DNA of 64,000 nt, from positions 620,001 through 684,000 of the forward strand of contig OZ218962.1 in the NCBI GenBank assembly GCA_965112735.1, in the 5' to 3' direction. Below the pieces are notes generated by a model. It had not been told where the DNA came from. It was given only the letters and a program-made list of their open reading frames with translations, and ran no database searches. The translations under genes were made by a program, and so were the position numbers. Below are positions 13,693 through 23,178 of the stretch, one piece after another. Each line of letters starts with the position of its first letter. The first letter of the stretch is position 1. The DNA is from Phaeosaccion multiseriatum (taxonomy: Eukaryota > Protista > Ochrophyta, other classes).

Positions 13693-14144
13693 GAGACGCC
13701 GGTGTGAGATAGATAGAGAGAGAGAGAGACAGGGAGCGAAAGAAAAGAGACGGGAGGGAGGGGTGAGATAATGAAGAGGGAGAGAGAGGTGTGTGCAGGG
13801 AGAGAGGAAGATGTGAGTAATAAAAAAACTAGGGAGAGAAATAATCTGTGAGAGAGACACGAAGGTGGGAGTGATGGAGGGAGAGAAAGGGGAGAGAGAG
13901 AGGGAGAGGAAGAGAGAGAAGCAGTGTGCGTGAGAAGAGAAGAAGGGAGAGAGAGAGATTTGTGTGAGAGGGGGAGGTGTGTGTGAGAGAGAGACGAAGG
14001 TGTGAGAGAGATGGAGAAACAAGCGAAGCGACTTGCCTCGTTGAACTCGTCTGCCCACACCAGTCGCTCCTGCCCCTCCGACAGCACTACCCTCCCACGC
14101 TCTGCAACCCCCAAAGCCCAGAGGAGGACGGCAAAGCGCCGCAT
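8979..14144 (-). CDS. Signal peptide + GH16 (laminarinase-like, catalytic motif degenerate) + 7-TM TMEM198/TM7SF3 (DUF4203)-like domain + ~500 aa disordered tail; 7 exons
   Basis: Exons ~14144-14037, 13540-13229, 13025-12117, 11850-11723, 11606-11462, 11122-10967, 10562-8979. GH16 motifs LVWADEFN, YGRVEARIWLPQGQGLWP, YHIYSVEW, APFDQPFHILLSL, MKIDYIRLYQ. Seven hydrophobic segments ending ATAAFGAG...GRF and WVVVAILGLAFQ. Confidence 0.85.
11243..11435. repeat. Long (GGA)n/(TCC)n trinucleotide tract in an intron
   Basis: Directly visible; explains the spurious poly-L, poly-P and poly-G ORFs here. Confidence 0.95.
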
Positions 14145-14178
14145 GGCTTTTTTCTAAAAATTATCCAGCACTTAACCG

Positions 14179-14227
14179 CCTTGTATGTCAATTAACCGCG
14201 GGGTGGCCGTTTAATTGACATACAAGG
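14179..14227. promoter_or_regulatory. Perfect 17-bp inverted repeat (CCTTGTATGTCAATTAA-N15-TTAATTGACATACAAGG) in the divergent GH16/ankyrin intergenic region
   Basis: Arms 14179-14195 and 14211-14227 are exact reverse complements. A regulatory role is inferred only from position. Confidence 0.6.
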
Positions 14228-14448
14228 GTCTCCCCACAATCTCCTCCCCCCCCCCCCCCGTTTTTTCATTTTTTCCTCCCACACCACCCTCAATAAACCT
14301 GCCTCAAGACGAGATACGGGACAACGGCTGCCTCTTGCCCTGCTGCTCTCTATAGCGCGGACATCTTTCCTCTTTTTTACACTTATCCCCCCACAGGGCG
14401 GCTCGTGGATCTTCCCCCGCCCGGCCTCGGGGCGGCTGGTGCCTACAT

Positions 14449-16317
14449 CATGCAGAGCCCAACCTTCAGCAGAGAGGTAAGCCCCTTTGTATGGCCATGC
14501 CTTCTGTTCCGGGGCCGAATTGGTCCGACGCTGAACGGCGTGGCCTTCCCTCGGCGAATGTTTTATTTTTCCCCCCTTCCCCTCCCTTTCCACTTGCTTT
14601 TACTTCTCACTCTGCCATCCTCCCTTCGTCTCCCCTTATTTTCGCGGGAGGGCAAAGATCTCTACTACAAGCGGGTCGCCTCCCAAGAGCAGTGACTCAC
14701 CACCCCTCTTGTTTTCCGCCTTTTTCGCCCCCCGGCGCTCTCTCCTCCCTCGGGCGACACAAGGCCACGCGCCTCGACGACGCCATCAGCGGGATGAAGA
14801 CTCTGAAGGACGTCAAACTGGCCATCAGCGCCCTTGTTGCCAAAGAGGGGGGAAGGAAGGCTTGCCTTGACGCCGCGATTTGTGCTGAGGGGCACACTCC
14901 AATGACAGCAGCGGCGTTGGGGGGTAGAGCAGACATCGTGGAGCTTCTACTGGGGGAAGGGGCATCTCCAAACCACGAAGCGATGACTCTTCACATCGTC
15001 ACACCATTGATAGGGGCTTGCGTACGTGGCCATCTGAATGTCGTGCAGATACTGATCGAGGCCGGTGCGGATTTGGACCAAACACTTGACATGGGGACGG
15101 CCTTGTGTGCAGCTTCAGACGGTGGGCACGCAGAAGTCGTCAGAGCTTTGATCGCGGGGGGCGCCGATGTGAATCGAGCCGCGAACAACGGAACTACACC
15201 TCTGAGCTTAGCTTCATGGGGCAATTGTGAGGGGGTTGTGAGGCTGCTCCTTGCGGTCAATGCGAATGTGAACGATGCCGCCAACAACGGAAGTACCCCA
15301 CTGGTAATGGCGTCACTGGACGGTCATGAGGAGATGGTGGAACTGCTCCTCGCGGCCAATGCCAATGTGAACCAGGCCACCAACGACGGAAGTACACCAC
15401 TGATATTGGCGTCGAAGTACGGTCATGAGGAGGTGGCGAAGTTGCTTCTTGCCAGCAACGCAGATGTGAACCAACTGAGAAACAACGGAGCTTCGCCACT
15501 TATTGTGGCTAGCGACAAAGGGCATACAGGGATAGCGAGGCGGCTACTTGCAGCTGGTGCCGAAGTGGATCCTGTGAGTGCTACGGGAGCAACACCTCTC
15601 ATGGCGGCCGCGCTGCAGGGACACACTGAGATGTTACGTGAGCTCATCTCAGCAGGGGCAGACGTGGATCGACATGCCGCGGAGGGGAGTACTGCTCTCG
15701 TATTGGCAGCCGCTAGCGGACACGCTGAGGTGCTGCGTGAGCTCATCTCAGCAGGGGCAGACGTGGATCGACATGGCGCAGAGGAAAGGACTGCTGTCAT
15801 GGCGGCAGCGCACCGTGGATACGCTGAGGCTCTGCGTGAGCTCGTATCGGCAGGGGCAGACGTTGATCGACATGACGAGGAGGGGAGGACTGCTCTGCAC
15901 TTTGCGGCGAGCGAAGGACATGGGCATGTCCTGCACATCCTGCTCAAGGCGGGGGCTGAGGTGGATATCAAGGATGACAGCGGAAGAACTCCCCTCCTCT
16001 TCGCAGCATACCACAATCATGAAGGGGCGATGCACGAGCTTCTCTGCGCAGGGGCGTCTGTGGGCAAGGCTCTGACTGCTGCTCGAGAGCTTGGTCTCCT
16101 GCAAGAGGTCCGTGGCCATCTTCTGATGGCAGACAAGCGGTACTTCGACTCCCAAAGCCCGGCGGACATTATGCGGACGTGCGACTCGACCTTCGGCAAG
16201 GAGAGGGGCCTACCGCCGCAGGAGAGGGGCGTGTCTTCCGACAACGTGCTGGAAGTGGCTGCAGGCATGCGCGGAGCCGACGACGCTTCCAGGTGGAAGA
16301 AACTTGACACGCATTGA
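14449..16317 (+). CDS. Ankyrin-repeat protein, array copy 1 (12 ANK repeats)
   Basis: Exon 1 MQSPTFSRE|GTAAGC (ends 14476), phase-0 intron to CACAAG| (14763), exon 2 to 16317 with 12 G-x-T/S-P/A-L repeats. Start codon uncertain. Confidence 0.88.
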   Translation, partial: HAEPNLQQRGKPLCMAMPSVPGPNWSDAERRGLPSANVLFFPPSPPFPLAFTSHSAILPSSPLIFAGGQRSLLQAGRLPRAVTHHPSCFPPFSPPGALSSLGRHKATRLDDAISGMKTLKDVKLAISALVAKEGGRKACLDAAICAEGHTPMTAAALGGRADIVELLLGEGASPNHEAMTLHIVTPLIGACVRGHLNVVQILIEAGADLDQTLDMGTALCAASDGGHAEVVRALIAGGADVNRAANNGTTPLSLASWGNCEGVVRLLLAVNANVNDAANNGSTPLVMASLDGHEEMVELLLAANANVNQATNDGSTPLILASKYGHEEVAKLLLASNADVNQLRNNGASPLIVASDKGHTGIARRLLAAGAEVDPVSATGATPLMAAALQGHTEMLRELISAGADVDRHAAEGSTALVLAAASGHAEVLRELISAGADVDRHGAEERTAVMAAAHRGYAEALRELVSAGADVDRHDEEGRTALHFAASEGHGHVLHILLKAGAEVDIKDDSGRTPLLFAAYHNHEGAMHELLCAGASVGKALTAARELGLLQEVRGHLLMADKRYFDSQSPADIMRTCDSTFGKERGLPPQERGVSSDNVLEVAAGMRGADDASRWKKLDTH

Positions 16318-17015
16318 AACGGGGAGAGCAATCATGGACTCGAAGCAAGCGAGGAGGGGGGTGTGGGGGGGGGGGGCTATTTCCGGTGGCAGGAGGATGC
16401 GGGGGGGTGCCGCAGCCAGGGATGAAGCCGCAGCAGCAGCAACGACTGCACCAACAACAACAGCAGCAACTACATCAACACGAGCACCAGCAGCACGAAC
16501 AACATGGGCAGGGGCAGAATGCGTCATATCATGCCATGAAGAGCGGTATAGCGGCGACAGGGGCAGGGACAGGGAGCGAGTTTTCGCTTGGGATGGGCGG
16601 CAGCAGCTTTGCAGGAGGAGGAGGGGGAGGAGGGGGAGGAAGAGCATCAATAGGGGAGGGGGAGGGAGCCTCTTTATTGTTGGAGAGGCCCGGAGGCATG
16701 CAGAGCGAGACATGGGAGGGCGTGGGTGAGGAAATGCGCTGAAGCAGAGGGCTGTATCTGAGAGAGGTGCGAGGGCAGAAGCACGGGTAGCGAGGACGAA
16801 ACACCATGAGCAAGCGGATTGAGGGGCGTGAGTGTGGTGGCGGGAGAGCACCCAGCGTCGCGAGCTGTGAGAAGAAGGCGGTGCGTGCTCCTTTTAGGGC
16901 ACGGTGCGATCGGACCGGAGCCTAGAAGTGCAGCGCCGTGAGCCACACTGAGGAGGGAGAGGGGGGGGGGTGTATATTGGAGCTTATTAGCTCGGAGTAA
17001 GATGAGTGTAGTTGA

Positions 17016-17310
17016 GGGGGGCGGATTCAAATACGGGGGGTGAAGCTCGACTGCTTTGAGGCGCACGCGCACACACACGTAAGGTAGTTAGGTCAGGGAC
17101 GTAACGTTGCTCTCGCGCATCGATAATACAGAATAGCAGCGTGTCATTATCATGAGAGTGCGTGTTGTGCTCTGTATTGATGCTACAAGCGCTCCGTACT
17201 CAGCGTTGTTGAGGGTGGGGGGAGACATAAGGGCGCCGTATAGATCGGAGTGTGAGTATAAGTTTATTGGCACCCCCCCGGGGGAATCTCTAGCTGCCAG
17301 AGGAGAGAGA
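17016..17310. repeat. Conserved ~300 bp non-coding spacer module M, copy 1 (others at ~20016-20327, 22706-23063, 25786-26100)
   Basis: Shared sequence GGATCCAAAGACGGGGGGTGAAGCTCGACTGCTTTGAGG...GGGGAATCTCTAGCTGCC with minor variants in all four copies. Confidence 0.9.
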
Positions 17311-17412
17311 AGGTTGTTTCAGTATAGCGGCGGTGCAGCGTGAATACCGTCCCTGAGGGCCTCCTGCTGCTAGCCTTGCTACAGGCTGTCTTTCGTCTCT
17401 CGCCGCGCCAGC

Positions 17413-19238
17413 ATGGTGGCCCAGAGCAGCGGAGGACCCCCCCCTCGACTAGAGAGGGGGCAGCTACTATTGGAAGCCATTGGTATCGCCGCACTGTTTG
17501 TTGAGCCGGACTGCATTCGACTTTGGCAATTCGCGCTATCTTCCCTCTGCCGCTTCTTCTCTACTCCATCCCTTTTGGCTGGCAAAGGACTCGCCCTTCT
17601 GCGGTTCGCCCCCCGAGAGCAGTGACTCACCGCCCCTCTGGTTTTACGGTCTTTTTGCCCTCTCTCGATCTCTCCTCTCTCGGCCGACACAAGGCCACGC
17701 GCCTCAACAACGCCATCCGCGGGAGGAAGTCTATCAAGAACGTCAAACTGGCCATCAGCGCCCTTGTCGCCAAAGAGGGGGGAAGGAAGGCTTGCCTTGA
17801 CGCCGCGATTTCTGCTGACGGGCACACCCCAATGACAGCGGCGGCGATGAAGGGTAGAGCAGACATCGTGGGGCTTCTATTGGGGGAAGGGGCATCTCCA
17901 AACCTCAAAGCGATGATTGCTAACATCGTCACGCCATTGATGTTCGCTTGTGTAACGGGCAATCTGAACGTCGTGCAGACGCTGATGGAGGCCGGTGCTG
18001 ATTAGATCAAGAAGTTAACATGCCGTAGTGCAGCTTCAGAGTGTGGACACACAGAAGTCGTCAGAACTTTAATCGCGGGGGGCGCCAATGTGAATCGAGC
18101 CACCAACGACGGAGGTACACCTCTGTTCGCGGCGTCAAGTGGTCAAGAGGAGGTGGTGGAGTTGCTTCTTGCCAGCAACGCAGATGTGAACCATCTGAGC
18201 AACGACGGAACTTCGCCACTTCTTGTGGTCAGCAACCTTGGGCATGCAGAGATAGCGAGGCGGCTACTCGCAGCAGGTGCCAAGGTGCATGCAGCTGATA
18301 ATGACGGAATGACACCTCTCATGGTGGCCGCGGGGCAGGCAGGGACACAGTGGAGTATTACGTGAGCTCATCTCAGCAGGGGCAGACGTTGATCGACATG
18401 ACCCAAAGGGTAATACTGCTCTCATGGTGGCAGCGGGAAATGGACACGCTGAGGTGCTGCGTGAGTGTGTGTCGGCAGGGGCAGACGTGGATCGACATGA
18501 CGCGCAGGGGAGTACTGCTCTCATGGTGGCCGCAGTTCACGGACACGCTGAGGTGCTGCGTGGGCTCGTGTCGGCAGGGGCAGACGCGGATCGACATGAC
18601 GCGCAGGGGAGTACTGCTCTCATGGTGGCCGCCGTTCACGGACACGCTGAGGCTCTGCGTGAGCTCGTATCGGCAGGGGCTGACGTTGCTCGACACGGCC
18701 GAGAGGGGTTCACTGCTCTCATGATGGCCACAGAGAGGGGACACGCTGAGGTGCTGCGTGAGCTCGTATCGGCAAGGGCAGACGTGGATCGACGTTACAA
18801 GGAGGGGCCGACTGCTCTGCACCTCGCTGCTCAAGCCGGACATGGGCATCTCCTGCACATCCTGCTCAAGGCCGGGGCTGCGGTGGATAGCGAGGATGGC
18901 AGAGGAAGCCTCCCCTCCTCTTCGCAGCATACGAAAATCGTAAACAGGCGATGCACGAGCTTCTCTGCGCAGGGGCGTCTGTAGGCAAGGCTCTGACTGC
19001 TGCTCGAGAGCTTGGTGTCCTGCAAGAGGTCCGTGATCGTCTTCTGATGGCAGACAAGCGATACTTCGACTCGCAAAGCCCGGCGGACATTATGCGGACG
19101 TGCGACTTGATCTTCGGCGAGGAGAGGGGCCTACCGCCGCAGGAGAGGGGCGTCTGTTCCGAGACCATGCTGGAGGTGGCTGCAGGCATGCGCGGAGCCG
19201 ACGACGATTCCAGGTGGGCGAAGCAAGACACGCATTGA
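17413..19238 (+). pseudogene. Ankyrin-repeat pseudogene, array copy 2 (~12 repeats)
   Basis: Splice donor after exon 1 is deleted, TTG>TAG stop at 18003-18005, frameshifts near 18030, 18340 and 18905. Paralogous to copies 1, 3 and 4 throughout. Confidence 0.85.
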
Positions 19239-20441
19239 AACGACGACAGCAATCATGGACTCGAAGCGAGCGAGGAGGGGGGTGTGTGGGGGGGGGGTTA
19301 CTTCCGGTGGCAGGAGGGTATGGGGGGGTGCCGCAGCCAGGGATGCAGCAGCAGCATCAGCAACAACAACACCAACAACAACACCAGCAACTACATCAAC
19401 ACGAGCACCAGCAGCACGAACAACATGGGCCGGGGCAGAATGCGTCGAATCATGCCATGGAGAGCGGTATAGCGGCGACAGGGGCAGGGACAGGGATCGA
19501 GGTTTCGCTTGGGATGGGCGGCAGCAGCTTTGCAGAGGAGGAGGGGGAGGAGGGGGAGGAAGAGCATCAATAGGGGGAGGGGGAGGGGGAGGGAGCCTCT
19601 ATAGTGGGGTGCCACCGCTGGAGAGGCCCGGAGGCATGCAGAGCGAGACGTGGGAGGGCGTGGGTGAGGAAATGCGCTGAAGCAGAGGGCTGTGTCTGAG
19701 AGGTGCGAGGGCAGAAGCACGGGTAGCAAGGACCTTCCGCTCATTGTCCAAGATTCCTCACTGCTGGCCCCTTACACGAAACGTAATGAGGAAGCTGATT
19801 GAGGGGCTTGAGTGTGGTGACGGGAGAGCACCCAGCGTCGCGAGCGGTGAGAAGAAGATCGAAAGAAGACGGTGCTTCTCTTCGGGCGCGGTGCCATCGG
19901 AACGGAGCCTTGCAGTGGAGTGCCGTGAGGCATCCTCCAGGAGGGAGGAGGGAGGACGGAGAGGGGAGGGGGTGTATATTGGAGCTTATTAGCTCGGAGT
20001 AAGATGAGGAGAGGAGGGGGGCGGATCCAAAGACGGGGGGTGAAGCTCGACTGCTTTGAGGCGCACGCGCACACACACGTAAAAGGTAGTTAGGTTAGGG
20101 ACGTGACGTTGCTCTTGCGCACGGGTACAATGGATAATACAGAAAAGCAGCGTGTCATTATCATGAGAGTGCGGGTTGCGCTCTGCATTGAGCCTACAAG
20201 CGCTCCGTACTCCGTGTTGTTGAGGGTGCTGTGAGCCACAAGGGCGCCCTATAGATCGGAGTGTGAGTACAAGATTGTTGGCACCAGCCCCCCCCCGGGG
20301 AATCTCTAGCTGCCAGGAGGGAGAAGGTTGAGTTGTTTCAAGAAGAAGCGCGATGGTGGCGGTGCAGCGTGAATACCGTCCGTGAGGGCCTCCTGCGGCG
20401 AGCCCTGCTACAGGCTTTCTTTCGTCTCTCGGCGCGCCAGC

Positions 20442-22009
20442 ATGGCCCAGAGCAGCGGAGGACCCCCCCCTCGAGTGAGCGGAGAGGTACGTTTGTAGAA
20501 GAGAGGGCGGAGCGGGTGCAGCTACTATTGGAAGCACTTGGTATCGCCGCACTGTTTGTTGAACCGGAGTGCATTCGAAGACTTTGGCAATCGGCGTTAT
20601 CTTCCCGCTGCCGCTTCTTCTCTACTCCATCCCTTTGGCTGGCAAAGGGCTCGTTCTTGAGCGGCTCGCCTCCCGAGAGCAGTGACTCACCGCTCCTCGG
20701 GTTTCCCACCCTTTTCGCCCCCCTTACTCTCTTCTCTCTCGGCCGACACAAGGCCAAGCGCCTCTACAGCGCTATCCGCGGGAGGAAGACTATCAAGAAT
20801 GTCAAACTGGCCATCAGCGCCCTTGTCGCCAAAGAGGGGGGACGGAAGGCTTGCCTTGACGCCGCGATTTGTGCTGGCGGGTACAACCCAATGACTGTAG
20901 CGGCGTTGGGGGGTAGAGCAGACATTGTGGGGCTTCTATTGGGGGAAGGGGCATCTCCAAACCACGAAGTGATGACTTCTCACATCGTCACACCATTGAT
21001 AGGGGCTTGCGTACGTGGCCATCTGAATGTCGTGCAGATACTGATCGAAGCCGGTGCGGATTTGGATCAACCAATTGGCGCAGGGACGGCCATGGTTGCA
21101 GCTTCAGTCGAAGGGCACACAGAAGTCGTCAGAGCTTTGATCGCGGGGGGCGCCGATGTGAATCGAGCCACGAACAACGGAACTACACCTCTGAGCTTAG
21201 CTTCACAAGGCAATAATGAGGGGATTGTGAGGCTCCTTCTTGCGGCCAATGCGAATGTGAACAACGCCACCCCCCACGGATATACACCACTGCTATTGGC
21301 GTCGAAGTACGGTCATGAGGAGGTGGCGATGTTGCTTCTTGCCAGCAACGCAGATGTGAACCAACTGAGCAACGACGGCACTTCGCCACTTTCTGTGGCC
21401 AGCATTGAAGGGCATACAGGGATAGCGAGGCGGCTACTCGCAGCTGGTGCCGAGGTGGATGCAGCTGATGATGACGGAAGGACACCTCTCATCGCGGCCG
21501 CGGGGCTGGGACACGGTGGGGTACTACGCGAGCTCATCTCAGCAGGGGCAGACGTGGATCGACATGACGCGAAGGGGGTTACTGCTCTGCGCTACGCTGC
21601 TGAAGGCGGACATGGGCATGTCCTGCACATCCTGCTCAAGGCCGGGGCTGAGGTGGATATCAAGGATGACATCGGAAGAACTCCCCTCCTCTTCGCAGCA
21701 TACCAAAATCGTGGAGGGGCGATGCACGAGCTTCTCTGCGCAGGGGCGTCTGTGGGCAAGGCTCTGACTGGTGCTCGAGAGCTTGGTCTCCTGCAAGAGG
21801 TCCGTGATCGTCTTCTGATGGCAGACAAGCGGTGCTTCGACTCCCAAAGCCCTGCAGACATTATGCGGACGTGCGACTCGACCTTCGGCAAGGAGAGGGG
21901 CCTACCGCCGCAGGAGAGGGGTGTGTCTTCCGAAACCATGCTGGAAGTGGCCGCAGGCATGCGCGGAGCCGACGACGCTTCCAGGTGGGCAAAGCAAGAC
22001 ACGCAGTGA
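20442..22009 (+). CDS. Ankyrin-repeat protein, array copy 3 (9 ANK repeats)
   Basis: Exon 1 MAQSSGGPPPRVSGE (20442-20486)|GTACGT, acceptor at 20752, exon 2 20753-22009 in frame. Confidence 0.88.
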
Positions 22010-23178
22010 AAAGGGGAGAGAGGTCACGGCCTCGAAGCGAGCGAGGAGGGGGGATGTGGGGGGGGGGGGGGGTTGGAGTGCACACTCGCCAGTGGGACTG
22101 TGGATACAAGCGTCGGATGGAATATATTTGTTGGAGCACCGTCACGGACAGGCAAGCAGGGGCACAGACAGACGGAAGTGTGGAGAGGGTGGCGGAATGA
22201 GAACGAGGCCAGTGATGGATAGCAGCACGGCACGGCGGGGGGAGGTGGGATGGCACTGTGTGGCTAAGGAAAGGGGAGCGCAGGGCCAGGAGGGGCGAGC
22301 GCATCGAACGCCTTCGAACTCACCGCAGCCGACGGGGGGGGCAGCGGCTCTCTTCCCTGCAGCTGGTGGTACTTGGTGTGGCCAAAGGGTACGGAGGATA
22401 GCATGGTGTGGGGTACACGGGAAAGGGAGAAAGAAGCCAACGCGTTTGATGAGAGAGTGGCTTAGATGTGGTAGGGCGTACTCATGTCAGGGTACTTTGC
22501 TGGCAATTTAGCCCCCACCTCCATACTCGCAGCGCGTCCGCTATGAAAGAAGGAACCAACTCCCTTGGCAACTCATCCACCCTCTTTCTCGACTCTGTGT
22601 GCCTTCGTAGCCTGCATCCTCCACCCAAGGGCTCGTCATCCACAAGAGAGACAAGGCCGGAGTTTGAGTATACATCTCTTGGCATATGAAACTGCCGCGC
22701 TCTGGGGGGGTGGATCCAAAGAAGGGGGGTGCAGCTCGACTGCTTTGAGGCTCACGCGCACACACACATAAAAGGTAATTAGTTAGGAACGTGACGTTGC
22801 TCTCTCGCACGGGTACAATGGATAACACAGAAAAGCAGCGTGTCATTATCATGAGAGTGTGGGTTGCGCTCTGCATTGAGGCTACAAGCGCTCCGTACTC
22901 CGTGTTGTTGAGGGTGCTGTGAGCCACAAGGGCGCCCTGCAGATCGGAGTGTGAGTACAAGTTTGTTGGCACCAGCCCCCCCCCCCCCGGGGGAATCTCT
23001 AGCTGCAAGGGTGAAAGGACGAATAGCTACCAGTAATATCATATAGCTGCCAGGGGAGAGAAGGTGGAGTTGTTTCAGTAGCAAGCGCGATGGTGGCGGT
23101 GCAGCGTGAATACCGTCCGTGAGGGCCTCCTGCGGCGAGCCCTGCTACAGGCTTTCTTTCGTCTCTCGGCGCGCCAGC

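Noticed and set aside
14491-14763. N-terminal extensions of the ankyrin ORFs in the ORF track (also 20333-20752 and 23419-23490)
   Set aside because: They read through the intron or upstream DNA, and frames are not conserved between copies.
17088-17273. Small minus-strand ORF (PINLYSHSDLYGAL...) recurring in module M
   Set aside because: Recurrence is explained by recent duplication; it has no ATG start and its ends vary.
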